Counted from the stretch's first letter, positions 1-10,751 are shown. The stretch: 64,000 bases of DNA from an uncultured virus (IMG/VR IMGVR_UViG_3300021256_003716) (IMGVR_UViG_3300021256_003716), one strand, 5' to 3'. Notes: generated from the sequence alone by a model not told the origin. Numbers and translations are program-made.

Positions 1-2
1 CA

Positions 3-1046
3 GAATGTGGGCATGAGTTTACAAGCCAAGATAAAGAGATTTATGAAAAGCAACTAATTGGGGTCAACTCAAGGATTGAGAGCCTAACAAATCAACAAAA
101 TGATTTAATTGCAAAAATAACCTCATCTAGAAGCTTGTATACAACTACCTCCACAGATGTTACGAATATTAGCAAAGAGGTTAATTTAATTAATAATGAA
201 TTAAGTAGTATTCGTACCAACAAACCTCAAATTGAGGAACAGATTACATATCTTGAAGGCCAAGCAACTGATGAGGTTGTAAAAAGTAAACAAGATTTAG
301 ATTTATTGAATAATGAGGAAAATTCATTAAAACAAGAACAGAATAATCTTGTATCTGCCCTTAAAGAGTATGAAAATCTAAATAACGATTTAAGAGCTGC
401 TCAGCAAGAGATTAGTTCTTTAAATCAACAATTACTTATTAGAAATAATATTATTCAAAATAATAATAATATTACTCTAGAAATTGACAATTTAACAAAA
501 GCTATTGAGGAACAAAATACTCTTATAGAAAACTATCATAGAGATGAAGCAGTCTATAAAGAAGTCTATTCTCTTCTTAAAGAATTAAGAGATTATGCTG
601 TTATCAAGGCTTGTGCTAAACTTGAGCAGGAAATGAATGATTTTATTAAAATTGTTTTTCCTGATATGTATGTTAGATTATTCCAAAATAAAGCTGGTGT
701 TGAATTTTTCTATACAACAGAAAAACAAGAAAGCTATAATAAAGAAGATTTATCTAACGCAGCTATGGCCTCAGGCTTTGAGAGAGCTACTTTAAGTATT
801 GCAGTAAAAGTTGCGCTTTGTAAAGCGTATAATTTGCCTTTTGCATTTTTTGATGAAGCAGATGAAAAAGGTTCTGATACTAATGCAGCAAAACTATTTA
901 AGTCATTATTAACAAATGGCTTATTTGACCAAGTATTTATTATTTCACAGAAAGATTTGGTTAGAGAAACAATTAAAAATGAGGTTGATGGCGTACGTAC
1001 TTATTATGCGCGCCATGGTAATTTCACTTTAGAAGGTGATTACTAA
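3..1046 (+). CDS. SbcC/Rad50/T4 gp46-like recombination ATPase, C-terminal part (5'-truncated by window)
   Basis: Frame is open from nt 3 (ECGHEF, second half of a CxxC zinc hook); long coiled coil; ABC signature ASGFE; Walker B FFDEADE; IISQ at the H-loop position. Confidence 0.85.
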   Translation, partial: ECGHEFTSQDKEIYEKQLIGVNSRIESLTNQQNDLIAKITSSRSLYTTTSTDVTNISKEVNLINNELSSIRTNKPQIEEQITYLEGQATDEVVKSKQDLDLLNNEENSLKQEQNNLVSALKEYENLNNDLRAAQQEISSLNQQLLIRNNIIQNNNNITLEIDNLTKAIEEQNTLIENYHRDEAVYKEVYSLLKELRDYAVIKACAKLEQEMNDFIKIVFPDMYVRLFQNKAGVEFFYTTEKQESYNKEDLSNAAMASGFERATLSIAVKVALCKAYNLPFAFFDEADEKGSDTNAAKLFKSLLTNGLFDQVFIISQKDLVRETIKNEVDGVRTYYARHGNFTLEGDY

Positions 1047-1085
1047 ATTAATTACATTTTTTAAATAATATAAGAAGGAACATAA

Positions 1086-3701
1086 ATGACGGTAAAGAAA
1101 AGAAATGGTGACATTGAAGAGTTTGACACTAAAAAAATCGAAAGAGCCATAATGGCAGCAGCAAGATCTGCTAAAGTAGACGTTTCTTCAGAAACTTTAG
1201 AGAAGCTCGTAAAGTTCGTAACTTCCAAAGTTTCAAAGTTAACTGAACCTATTGAAATTGAAGATATCCAAAATACAATTGAAGATTCTTTAATGAAATA
1301 CAATTTATTTGAGGTTGAGCGTACTTTCCATGACTATCGTAAGGAACATGATAAAATCAGATTTAAGTCCTTTGCGATTAATAAGGAGATGGAAGAAAAG
1401 CTTGCGGCTTCAAATGTCCAGAATAGTAATGCTAACATGGATGAAGCATCACATGGTGGACGTAAAGGTGAGATGATCAATTCTTACCTTAAAAAGGAAG
1501 CTTTGGATTATCGTATTAATCCTAAGTTTTCTAAATTACATGAAAATAATCATATCTATGAGCATGACCTAGATTCGTGGTCTCTTGGTATGCATAACTG
1601 TCTTTCTATTCCTTTTGATGATGGAATGAGTGATGGTCTTAAAACACGTCAGGTTTTCTTAAGGCCAGCTAGATCAATTCATACATTTTGTCAGTTAATC
1701 GCAGTAGGATGCCAGCTTCAGTCACTTCAGCAATTTGGTGGTGTTGCCGCAACTCATATTGATTCTTCGGCAGTTCCTTATATCAGATACTCAATTATGA
1801 AGCACTATATTGTAGCTTGGGCAATGTCACAAGAGAAGTTCTCTGATTTAGACTTAGTTGGAATGGCATTTGATGATTATGAGGAAACAATTGTTGGAAA
1901 CGGTAAAGAAATCACTTGGTGGAGAAACCGACTTGATGACTGGTTTGAGTCTAAAAAAGAAGATTTCTTAGAAAAAACTGGATTAGTATATGAAGACTTC
2001 TATATTGGAAGTGATAAACTTGATAAGACACTTTATAATCAAGCAATCTTGAGTACAATTAAAGAAATTAAACAGGGTGTAGAAGGTATGCTTCACAACC
2101 TTAATTCTCTTCAGTCACGTTCTGGAAACCAGCTTCCATTCTCAAGTATCAACTATGGACTCGACACATCTGAAGAAGGACGTTTATTCACTAGTGCAAT
2201 TCTTCATAATACTATTAGAGGCGTTGGTAAAGGAATGACATCAATCTTCCCTTGCCAGATTTTCCAGCTTAAAGATGGTATAAATACAAAAGAAGGAGAG
2301 CCAAACTATGACTTATTTAAGCTCTCTATTAGATGTTCAGCAAAACGTATGTACCCAAATTACGTCAATTGCGACTGGTCAGTTCAGAAAGCTGCATTTG
2401 AAAAGTCTCAGGCTTTGAAGAAACGCGTACTTGATAATATCGTTAATTGTGAGCCAGAAGAGTTTGCTATGAAAGTAGCTAATCTTCCATATAACATTCA
2501 GGATAAGCTCGGATTCCATTTTGATACAGAAAGTTCAACTTTCTATATGAATAATTATGAGCAGCCTTTTGAAGCGTCAAGTACAATGGGCTGTAGAACT
2601 TGGAACGGGTTTGATATTAATTTTACTGAGGATTACTTCTTAGACCTCTTAAAGAAAACTGTTGAATTAGGAAAGCTTCCTAAAAATTATCTTTATTCAG
2701 CTATTCAGAAAGATGGCCGTGGTAATATTGCACCTAGTACAATTATTCTTCCTACTTATGCTATGGAAGCTAAAAAGAAAGCTGAACGTGAGGGTCATCC
2801 AGAATACGCAGTAGATTATTTCATGAATGCCCTTGAAAAAGCTATTGGCGACTGTAAAGATGAATTGATTGAAAGATTTAATTGGATTTGTGCTCAAACT
2901 GTGTCTTCAGCTTCTTATATGTGGGAAAATAATACAATGAAAGGATATATCCCAGAAGAAGGTATTCGTTCCGCTATGAAACATGGTACTTTGGCAATTG
3001 GCCAAATTGGTATGGCGGAGACTTTACAAATCTTACTTGGATGTAATCAGCTTGACCCACGTGGTATGGAATTAGCAAAACGTATTGAGCAGCTTTATAA
3101 AGATAAATGTAATGCTTATAAAGAGTTCTATCATTTGAACTTTGGAGTTTACTATACACCAGCAGAATCACTTTGTATGACTTCTTATAATAAGTTCCTT
3201 AAGAAATATAAACTTATTGAGAACGTTACTGCTTATAGGGACCCAGAAACAGAAGAACTTAAACCAAGAGGATACTTTACTAACTCAATTCATGTTCCAG
3301 TTTGGGAGAAAGTTTCACCATTTGAGAAGATTGATTGTGAAGCTCAACTTGTTCCATATTCTTCTGCTGGTTGTATCACTTATGTTGAAATTGGTGATAA
3401 CGCAGAATATAACTTGGAAGCGCTTGAGCAGATTATTCTTTATGCAAAGAAAAAAGATATTACTTACTTTGCGGTAAATGTGCCTCTTGCAGAATGTACT
3501 CAATGTGGATATACAGGTACTATTTCATTTGATTGTGCTTGTCCTAAATGTGGTGCTTCAGATGAATACATAAATCATTATGCACGTGTTACTGGATATT
3601 TAAGTACTACATATAAGCACTTTAATAAAGGCAAGCAGTATGAGACCAAAGACAGGTATGTACATGTAAATAACATCCAATCTTGGAAATCAGCCTGCTA
3701 A
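1086..3701 (+). CDS. nrdD: Anaerobic (class III) ribonucleoside-triphosphate reductase with N-terminal ATP cone
   Basis: VKKRNG ATP cone, HDLD, HNCL, QSRSGNQLPFSSINYG, MGCRT, TPAESL, YFTNS, CxxC..CPKCG, RVTGYL glycyl-radical motif. Confidence 0.97.
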   Translation: MTVKKRNGDIEEFDTKKIERAIMAAARSAKVDVSSETLEKLVKFVTSKVSKLTEPIEIEDIQNTIEDSLMKYNLFEVERTFHDYRKEHDKIRFKSFAINKEMEEKLAASNVQNSNANMDEASHGGRKGEMINSYLKKEALDYRINPKFSKLHENNHIYEHDLDSWSLGMHNCLSIPFDDGMSDGLKTRQVFLRPARSIHTFCQLIAVGCQLQSLQQFGGVAATHIDSSAVPYIRYSIMKHYIVAWAMSQEKFSDLDLVGMAFDDYEETIVGNGKEITWWRNRLDDWFESKKEDFLEKTGLVYEDFYIGSDKLDKTLYNQAILSTIKEIKQGVEGMLHNLNSLQSRSGNQLPFSSINYGLDTSEEGRLFTSAILHNTIRGVGKGMTSIFPCQIFQLKDGINTKEGEPNYDLFKLSIRCSAKRMYPNYVNCDWSVQKAAFEKSQALKKRVLDNIVNCEPEEFAMKVANLPYNIQDKLGFHFDTESSTFYMNNYEQPFEASSTMGCRTWNGFDINFTEDYFLDLLKKTVELGKLPKNYLYSAIQKDGRGNIAPSTIILPTYAMEAKKKAEREGHPEYAVDYFMNALEKAIGDCKDELIERFNWICAQTVSSASYMWENNTMKGYIPEEGIRSAMKHGTLAIGQIGMAETLQILLGCNQLDPRGMELAKRIEQLYKDKCNAYKEFYHLNFGVYYTPAESLCMTSYNKFLKKYKLIENVTAYRDPETEELKPRGYFTNSIHVPVWEKVSPFEKIDCEAQLVPYSSAGCITYVEIGDNAEYNLEALEQIILYAKKKDITYFAVNVPLAECTQCGYTGTISFDCACPKCGASDEYINHYARVTGYLSTTYKHFNKGKQYETKDRYVHVNNIQSWKSAC

Positions 3702-3706
3702 AACTA

Positions 3707-3730
3707 AAAGCTCCCAGTTTTGGGAGCTTT
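3707..3730 (+). terminator. Hairpin / intrinsic terminator after nrdD
   Basis: AAAGCTCCCA-gttt-TGGGAGCTTT inverted repeat. Confidence 0.65.
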
Positions 3731-3745
3731 GTTAATTTAAATCAT

Positions 3746-4234
3746 ATGAAAGTTGTAAATATTATAGAAGACGATATTGTTGATTCAATTACGGGTATAA
3801 ATGTATCTGTATGGTTTGGTGGCTGTGATGTAAGATGTAGAAATTGTCATAATAGAGAGCTTTGGGATCCTAACCTGTTTGAAGATAAGCCTGCTGAAGA
3901 AATTATTGATAAGGTCATTAAAGCTATGTCTAAGGAGCCTAAACAGAGGGGACTATCTATTTTAGGTGGAGAGCCATTTGCGCCTTGGAATAAGGCGGAT
4001 GTTGCTCTCTTAGCAACAGAAGTTCGTAAAGCTTATCCAGAAGCTAAAATATACTGTTGGACTGGACATATATATGAAGAGATTAAAGATGACCCTGATG
4101 TTAAGAAAGCATTGGAAAGTATAGATATCTTAGTTGATGGTCCATTTATAGAAGAACTTAAAGGCGTCTATAAATTAAGAGGATCATCCAATCAGAGAAT
4201 CCTAAAGTTTAAAAATGGGGCTTTACTAGAATAG
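3746..4234 (+). CDS. nrdG: Anaerobic RNR activating enzyme (radical SAM)
   Basis: CDVRCRNC (CxxxCxxC), LGGEP, DILVDGPF, LRGSSNQR; next to nrdD; start moved to ATG 3746, downstream of the hairpin. Confidence 0.95.
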   Translation: MKVVNIIEDDIVDSITGINVSVWFGGCDVRCRNCHNRELWDPNLFEDKPAEEIIDKVIKAMSKEPKQRGLSILGGEPFAPWNKADVALLATEVRKAYPEAKIYCWTGHIYEEIKDDPDVKKALESIDILVDGPFIEELKGVYKLRGSSNQRILKFKNGALLE

Positions 4235-4250
4235 ATTACATATTTATAAT

Positions 4251-4691
4251 ATGAAGAAGTTTTTTATAATTTTTTGTATTTTAATATGTTGTTCAAGCAG
4301 TCTTTTTGCTAAGCATCATCATAGGGGGGACCACATATTAACTGGTTATGAGTTTATATCTAATGAACGTATTGGTAAACTTAAGTATGTTACATCAAAT
4401 TGTCCTGAAGGTTATAAACCAACAGACTATGTAGTTTTTAAGGACCATGAGCTAGAGTTTAAGTATTCTAGATGTCATCATACTGGATATCAGTATTATT
4501 ATGCGGAGATTATACGTCTAGCAACTAAAGAAGAAATTATTAAGCATCATTTTGTAATTGCTAGCGTTATAATAGGTATAATTATAGTTATTTTTGTACT
4601 AGCTATTATAGCTGCATCAGACAATACCCCTATTAGAGTGTCCTACCCTATAACAAAGTCTAGTATTATCCACGGATATTTTGATGAATAG
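4251..4691 (+). CDS. Exported membrane-anchored His-rich protein (paralog of 7949..8338)
   Basis: Signal peptide ending LFA|K, HHHR, YAEIIR motif, C-terminal TM helix. Confidence 0.7.
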   Translation: MKKFFIIFCILICCSSSLFAKHHHRGDHILTGYEFISNERIGKLKYVTSNCPEGYKPTDYVVFKDHELEFKYSRCHHTGYQYYYAEIIRLATKEEIIKHHFVIASVIIGIIIVIFVLAIIAASDNTPIRVSYPITKSSIIHGYFDE

Positions 4692-4744
4692 ATATTTTTG
4701 TACTTTTTAGTAATTATTCATATATTATATGCAGAGGTAATTAT

Positions 4745-6286
4745 ATGAGTTTAACTATTGAAGAAAAAATATTTACAATGGTAGAAGTTTCTAAAGCATC
4801 GGGTGTACCGGTGCTTTTTGTTTCAAATCCAGGTTTTGGTAAAACTGTAAATCTTACAAAGTGGGCTAAAGAAAATGGATACCATTATGAATCTCTTATC
4901 GCATCAAGGTTTAGGCCTGATGAAATTTCTGGTTTTATGGTAAATGAACCAGGCGTAGACCATCTTGTGCATAAAGAGCCATCTTGGTTTAAGCGTATTT
5001 GGGACCAGTACAATAAGAATGTTCCAACTCTTTTGTTTATTGATGAGCTTTCCGCAGCAGATGAAAATGTGCAGGCGCCATTATATACTCTGCTTTCTGA
5101 ACATACTATTGGTGAACAGAAAAAACTTCCAGACAATATTTTAATTATTTCCGCTGCAAACTATGCACCAAATATGCCAAGTTATTGTAATATTACAGCA
5201 CCTAACTTAAATCGTTTCTGTATTATAAACCTGCTTGAAAATATTGAAAGAAACGGGCTTCTTACAGAGTTTTTACAGCCATCTCAGGGTCACAAAAAGC
5301 TTACATTAGAAAAGCTGTCTGAAGAAGACACAAAGAGATTTAATCAATTGGTATATGAAACTATGATAAATCTTTTTGATGCTTATAATGATAAGAACTC
5401 TAGTAAAGGCTATTTGGATATTTATAATACGGATATTGGAAATATTTTTCAAAACTCTGAAGGATTTCTTTATAACTTCTTTTCTGGCCGTTCAAGTTAT
5501 TACTTACAGAATATGTTAAGGGCTTGTATCGAACTTAATGTAACAAATAAGGATATTATTGGTGAAATTGCTTCAGGTTTACTTGGTAATGGTACAAATA
5601 CATTTACTGATGAAAAACAAGCTATTGCTTTTAGAAAAGCATTAAAAGTTTCTTTTAATAATATGATGTCTACTTTCAAAGGAAAATCAATTAAAGTAAA
5701 GCCAAAAGAATCTAAAGCTGAAACTTTAGCAGATAAAATCCATGAAGTTATTATTGATAGAGACGGCGCATTAGATGTATCAATAGATAAAGATCCTTTT
5801 ATTAAAGTTTATTCTGATATTATGATTGAATATGGCAACCTAAAAGATACCTTCGCTAAGTTTTCAAAGACTGAGAAAGTATCAGATAAGGATAAGGCTA
5901 TATTTGTATCTGATATGGACGCTATTGAAGAATATATTAGCTGTGTTAGAACAATGCTTGATAAAAATGACCCTGTAGTTGAACAAGTTATACGAGTTCA
6001 TCAGGACCATCTTAGCATCTACAATATGTTTATGGGTACTTCAATTAAGATTTCAGATAAGAAAAATATCTATGGGTCAGATTATATTGATGAAAAGCAT
6101 GTAGATATTTTTGTACTCGCAAAAGTAAAAGATAGACTTTCAGGAAAATCTAATCTTATGAAGTTGTCAAAGAAGGAAGCATATAATAATCTTTATTATG
6201 CATTTGGCATGTCAGACGGTATTAAAAAGATAAACTTGAATAAGAATATTCATGCAGATGAAATTGAAGTAATTTATAAGGTTTAA
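4745..6286 (+). CDS. MoxR-like AAA+ ATPase
   Basis: Walker A SNPGFGKT, Walker B LLFIDE, sensor ISAAN, NRF arginine finger; VWA partner next door. Confidence 0.85.
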   Translation: MSLTIEEKIFTMVEVSKASGVPVLFVSNPGFGKTVNLTKWAKENGYHYESLIASRFRPDEISGFMVNEPGVDHLVHKEPSWFKRIWDQYNKNVPTLLFIDELSAADENVQAPLYTLLSEHTIGEQKKLPDNILIISAANYAPNMPSYCNITAPNLNRFCIINLLENIERNGLLTEFLQPSQGHKKLTLEKLSEEDTKRFNQLVYETMINLFDAYNDKNSSKGYLDIYNTDIGNIFQNSEGFLYNFFSGRSSYYLQNMLRACIELNVTNKDIIGEIASGLLGNGTNTFTDEKQAIAFRKALKVSFNNMMSTFKGKSIKVKPKESKAETLADKIHEVIIDRDGALDVSIDKDPFIKVYSDIMIEYGNLKDTFAKFSKTEKVSDKDKAIFVSDMDAIEEYISCVRTMLDKNDPVVEQVIRVHQDHLSIYNMFMGTSIKISDKKNIYGSDYIDEKHVDIFVLAKVKDRLSGKSNLMKLSKKEAYNNLYYAFGMSDGIKKINLNKNIHADEIEVIYKV

Positions 6287-6290
6287 TAAT

Positions 6291-7661
6291 ATGGCTACAA
6301 GAATACCACAGTGTGAACAAGAAATAAATACAAGACTTGAAAATGTACCTATTATTATAAATTATGTTCATAATAATACAGATACTGCTTTTATTCGCAT
6401 TCGAAGCGAAGGACAAAGTGAAGTTTATCGTATTACTGTAAATGCATCAAATGCTAATGCAACACATTATTTAGAAATGCATGAAAAAGGACATATACTT
6501 TTTGGGCATTGTTATAATAATGAATTGGTGAATAAAGCAAGTCGCATAAAAATCAAAAGTGCTTTTGATGCAAATAAAGATAAGTTTGTAAATACTAAAA
6601 ACTTATCAGTAAGCGATTTTTATGCTTACTTTGAAAGTTATTTGCAGAATATCCTTATGGATTTTGAAGTTAATTCTAAGCTTTTTACAGATGATGAAAA
6701 AGTTTTTATGAACAGAGAAATTGGTAAAATTTTTGGTGATAAAAACTCATCTGGTATGTGGCCAGAAGATTTTAATTTTCCAAAGAAGCTTACTGCTTCA
6801 GCTTATCTTAATCTCTATCTTTTGAGCATGAGGGATAACTTAAAGAAACTAAAGGAAAAATTATCTGGAAAGCCCGTTACTAGTGATAATTGGGTCTTTT
6901 CTAAGGCTGAACTAGAAAAAATGGTAGGTGAAGCAGAAAAGATAGAGCTACCTGGTACTGCTATTGCAGAGAAAGAGCTTACTGTAGAAGAACCAGAAAT
7001 ACCAGATGATGCGGATATAAAAACAAAAGCAACAAGCTCTAATATCCGACAAGTTGGTAATGTAGATGATTTATCTAATTGGATATTAAAGTGTATTTCT
7101 AAAAAAGAAAAGTTTTTAGAAGAAGATAAGCTTTACTTATATAATCGTAGAGTTCTAAATTGTGATGTAATTACGCCAGGTACTAGAAAATCTAAATCCC
7201 GTGAGGTTTCTAGTGCAGCTACCGTTTATATTTTACTTGATGTTTCTGGTTCTATATCCGCTACCGAAAAATCTGTCTTCTGTCAAGCTTTTAATAAGAT
7301 TATTGGTAAACTAAGAAAAAATGGAAGGCTAGTTCAGTGTGATACACAAGTTTTAGCTGATGAAAATATTAAAAAAATCCATTATGTAGCTGGTGGTGGA
7401 AACGACCTTAAAGTTGGTGTAAAATATATAAAAGATAAATATCGTCCTTCACCAAGAGACTATGTATTTTTTGTTAGTGACTTTTATGATCCTAGCCTTA
7501 AAGAATGCGCTAGTCTTTTTAAGTCTTATAATACAAAAAATATATTTTCTATTAGATGGGTATATGATAGTTCTTGGGGTAGATTTTCTAAGGATACAAG
7601 CTGGTCAGACTTAGAAAATGTTTGTAAAGATAACTTAGTATATAGCTTTGGGACTAAATAG
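6291..7661 (+). CDS. Metallopeptidase-like + VWA domain protein (DUF2201-type MoxR partner)
   Basis: HEKGH (HExxH), DFEVN, MIDAS DVSGS, CDT, GGGND, VSDFY. Confidence 0.8.
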   Translation: MATRIPQCEQEINTRLENVPIIINYVHNNTDTAFIRIRSEGQSEVYRITVNASNANATHYLEMHEKGHILFGHCYNNELVNKASRIKIKSAFDANKDKFVNTKNLSVSDFYAYFESYLQNILMDFEVNSKLFTDDEKVFMNREIGKIFGDKNSSGMWPEDFNFPKKLTASAYLNLYLLSMRDNLKKLKEKLSGKPVTSDNWVFSKAELEKMVGEAEKIELPGTAIAEKELTVEEPEIPDDADIKTKATSSNIRQVGNVDDLSNWILKCISKKEKFLEEDKLYLYNRRVLNCDVITPGTRKSKSREVSSAATVYILLDVSGSISATEKSVFCQAFNKIIGKLRKNGRLVQCDTQVLADENIKKIHYVAGGGNDLKVGVKYIKDKYRPSPRDYVFFVSDFYDPSLKECASLFKSYNTKNIFSIRWVYDSSWGRFSKDTSWSDLENVCKDNLVYSFGTK

Positions 7662-7695
7662 TATTATAAACATATTATATTAGGAGACTACCCAG

Positions 7696-7938
7696 ATGGA
7701 AGATGAAGAACTTGAAGAAACTTATGAAGTAGTATCTACTGAAGATGACTATGAAGATTATGAAGATGATATATCCTTTGGAGATGTAGCGTTTATTACA
7801 TTTTTAGTTATTTTGGGCTGTGCTGTATTCGCATTTGTTATCAGAACTATTAGTAAGCATCTTAAGCATATAAATCTTAAAATTGGAAATAAAATTGAAA
7901 TTGGTGTAGAAAGTAAAGATAAAGAATATAAGAAATAA
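7696..7938 (+). CDS. Small acidic single-TM protein
   Basis: AGGAG RBS; acidic N-terminus; one hydrophobic helix. Confidence 0.65.
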   Translation: MEDEELEETYEVVSTEDDYEDYEDDISFGDVAFITFLVILGCAVFAFVIRTISKHLKHINLKIGNKIEIGVESKDKEYKK

Positions 7939-7948
7939 AAGGTATTTT

Positions 7949-8338
7949 ATGAAAAAGAAAATTATTTTAGTTTGTCTAATTCTAGCATGTTGTTCTTCTG
8001 GTCTTTTTGCTAAATCTCATTATAGGCATCATCATTGGGGAGAGCATATATACACAGGTGAAGAAATTACAACACCTGAAAAAGTTGCAAAAGTAAAAAA
8101 ATTATATGTGGTTAGCGATTCCATTTATGATGAAAATACTTTTGTAGTATATAAATACCATGGTCCAGAGTTTATATATTCTGGTTGTGGCCATCATGAT
8201 TATGAAATTAGATATGCTGAAATTATTCGGCCAGCAACATCAGGAGAGATATCTTGGTATAGATTTAAAAAAGTTTTAGTTGTATTAGGCATAATTGTAC
8301 TTTTTATAATCGCCTTTATTGCTGAGGAACTTAAATAA
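7949..8338 (+). CDS. Exported membrane-anchored His-rich protein (paralog of 4251..4691)
   Basis: CCSSxLFAK signal, HHHWGEH, YAEIIRPAT, C-terminal TM. Confidence 0.7.
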   Translation: MKKKIILVCLILACCSSGLFAKSHYRHHHWGEHIYTGEEITTPEKVAKVKKLYVVSDSIYDENTFVVYKYHGPEFIYSGCGHHDYEIRYAEIIRPATSGEISWYRFKKVLVVLGIIVLFIIAFIAEELK

Positions 8339-8700
8339 TGGCTACAGCTAAATTTGTGTTAGAGAGTTTTGATAATAAAAAAATAAATATTTTAGGATCA
8401 GAATGGATAATTAAAGTTGTAGACCTTATTGATGGTGGTCTTGATGCTGCTGGGTCCTGTGATGGGACGGTCAGAGTGATTAAAATTAGAAAAATTATAG
8501 AACATTCTGATTTTGAAGATTTATCTGTATGGTATAAACAAACTATACGTCATGAAATAATACATGCATTTCTACAAGAGAGTGGATTAGATAATTGTTC
8601 TCATGCAACTACTGCTTGGGCTACAAATGAGGAAATGGTTGATTGGATAGCTGCGCAAGGGCCAAAATTATTTAAGGTTTGGAAAGAGCTCAATATTTAA
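8338..8700 (+). CDS. Small zincin-like HExxH protein
   Basis: TIRHEIIHAFL and NEEMVDW motifs, typical of a phage HExxH family. Confidence 0.7.
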   Translation: MATAKFVLESFDNKKINILGSEWIIKVVDLIDGGLDAAGSCDGTVRVIKIRKIIEHSDFEDLSVWYKQTIRHEIIHAFLQESGLDNCSHATTAWATNEEMVDWIAAQGPKLFKVWKELNI

Positions 8701-8772
8701 TAGGCAGTTACTAATTTTTAATAAGCATTTATAGCATCTTTGATTTTTACATAAAGCTTAAAAATAGCTATT

Positions 8773-10014
8773 ATGAAAGTACAAAATCTAGATGAAATAA
8801 CAGATACCGCTTATAGAAAAATTGGATTTGTTATTTTAATTGCAGGGATATTATACTTTTTATTATATAATGTAATAAAACCTTCACACATTTACCCGGT
8901 ATGGCAGATATCAATATTAGGCTATATACTGGCTACTGGCATTATCTGTTTTTTAACAAAACCCTATAAAAAATTACGAAAACTAGCAGATCATTTAGTT
9001 ATAATTGCAACTAGCATAATGGTCTGCGAAGTACATATATCTACTACTGTTAGTATCATTATTCCTATTATCTTATCTTTATATTCACTTAATAAAAAAT
9101 ATATAGAGTATATTATAGTTATAACTGCTCTATTTGTTTGTATTTCTATTATTTGTCGCCAACAATTTATACAAGCCTTTTTAATTACAGGTATTACTAC
9201 CGGAAAAAAGGATATAATTAAAGATTCTGTCATTTCTATAATTGCATTTTTAGTTGAACTAAAAATTATACAATCATTATATAAGCCATTTCATACTTAT
9301 TCTCGTTTAATAGGAGAGGAAAGAACTGCGCTCTTAAATGAAAAAAATAGCGCAATAGAAAATGTTCTTTCTTTCTGTAATACTGCTATGGCTTATCATA
9401 GTAAATATTTACTTATACATAATAAAAGTGTTGAAGCGCTAACCCAGATAATATTGGTTGGGCTATATAAAAAAGAAGAGTATAAAAATTATTTAACACC
9501 TCAAAAATGTAAAGATATCCTAGCCTCTGTTCAATTCCATGATATTGGAAAAATTTATATTGATGCATCTGTACTTGATAAACCGGATAGGCTAACAAAA
9601 GAAGAATATGATTTAGTAAAGCAACATCCAGAAAAAGGGTATGAGTTATTCAATCAGTTACCTCTTAATGTAACTACGCCAGAATTTAGAGCAACTTGTG
9701 GTAAAATTATTCTTGAACACCATGAGCGGCTAGATGGTACTGGCTATCCTTACCATAAAAAGGATATTTCATTAGAAGGCCAAATAGTAGCTGTAGCGGA
9801 TGTTACAGATGCGTTACTTTCATGGCGCTGTTATAAGAGTCCCTTTAGTTGGGATAAGTTTGTTAGTATCCTTAAAAATGATAAAGGCTTAAATCAAGAA
9901 TTTTGTAATATTATAATTAAAAATAAAAAAGAAGTTATAAATATGATTGACCATAATAACCTCTTATTAAAAGATTTATTTAAACTTTCACAAAATGATA
10001 TTATTAGACATTAA
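8773..10014 (+). CDS. Membrane-bound HD-GYP phosphodiesterase (c-di-GMP family)
   Basis: About 5-6 N-terminal TM helices; FHDIGK, LDKP.RLT.EE, HHERLDGTGYP, VADVTDAL...R.YK. Confidence 0.9.
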   Translation: MKVQNLDEITDTAYRKIGFVILIAGILYFLLYNVIKPSHIYPVWQISILGYILATGIICFLTKPYKKLRKLADHLVIIATSIMVCEVHISTTVSIIIPIILSLYSLNKKYIEYIIVITALFVCISIICRQQFIQAFLITGITTGKKDIIKDSVISIIAFLVELKIIQSLYKPFHTYSRLIGEERTALLNEKNSAIENVLSFCNTAMAYHSKYLLIHNKSVEALTQIILVGLYKKEEYKNYLTPQKCKDILASVQFHDIGKIYIDASVLDKPDRLTKEEYDLVKQHPEKGYELFNQLPLNVTTPEFRATCGKIILEHHERLDGTGYPYHKKDISLEGQIVAVADVTDALLSWRCYKSPFSWDKFVSILKNDKGLNQEFCNIIIKNKKEVINMIDHNNLLLKDLFKLSQNDIIRH

Positions 10015-10058
10015 GACTTGCTAATATATTTTAAAATAATATATTTAGGAGTCTTAAA

Positions 10059-10742
10059 ATGACGAAAATTGAATATTGGGATATGGGTGATAATATTTTT
10101 ATAAAAACATCCAAAAATGGTACTATTGAGAGTAGTAGAAAAATTCCAAAATCAGAATGTGAATCTACAATTCTTAATAAATTTAATGGAAAAACTTATT
10201 TTGTAGATGAGTTTGATGAAACTGCTAAAAAAGAAACTAAAGAGCCAATTCTAGCAGTAACAACTCCAGATACTATTGAGTCTAATATAATTGTTACTTC
10301 TCCTAATGCTGGTACGATAGTAGCTAATACTACTGATGTTTCTATCAAGGAAAAATCTAAGGTTAAGGAAGAGAGCAAAATAGAAGTAAAAAAACCTAAA
10401 ACAAATATAAAAACAAAGTCGGATAAAAAATATGACTTTGTAAATAGTCCAGCGCATTATAATGGTCATATTATTAAAACTAAAACAGGTCAGTTTGAGT
10501 ATGAAACAATTCAGTATCTTGAATCACTTGTAAAGCGTCTTGAAAAAGACCTTTATGCAGACGAATCAGGATCTGTTTATTGTGCGGCCAAGTATATGGA
10601 CCGAATTGGTGGTGGAAAACCAGATGGTAATAAGACTGTACGTGAAAAGATTGCTGAAGACTGCCAAAAGATTGGTTGGTATATGAATCATTGTGCGGAG
10701 CTTATTAAGAAAAATGGATTTGAGGACAAATCTAAAAAATAA
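10059..10742 (+). CDS. DUF3310-like phage protein
   Basis: DFVNSPAHY...ETIQY...AAKY..R..GK...ED.QK..WY pattern in the C-terminal half. Confidence 0.65.
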   Translation: MTKIEYWDMGDNIFIKTSKNGTIESSRKIPKSECESTILNKFNGKTYFVDEFDETAKKETKEPILAVTTPDTIESNIIVTSPNAGTIVANTTDVSIKEKSKVKEESKIEVKKPKTNIKTKSDKKYDFVNSPAHYNGHIIKTKTGQFEYETIQYLESLVKRLEKDLYADESGSVYCAAKYMDRIGGGKPDGNKTVREKIAEDCQKIGWYMNHCAELIKKNGFEDKSKK

Positions 10743-10751
10743 GGATAATAC

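Noticed and set aside
1086..3701. Intein or intron in the long nrdD
   Set aside because: The extra length is two modest insertions without intein C/S...HN or LAGLIDADG motifs, and the frame is continuous
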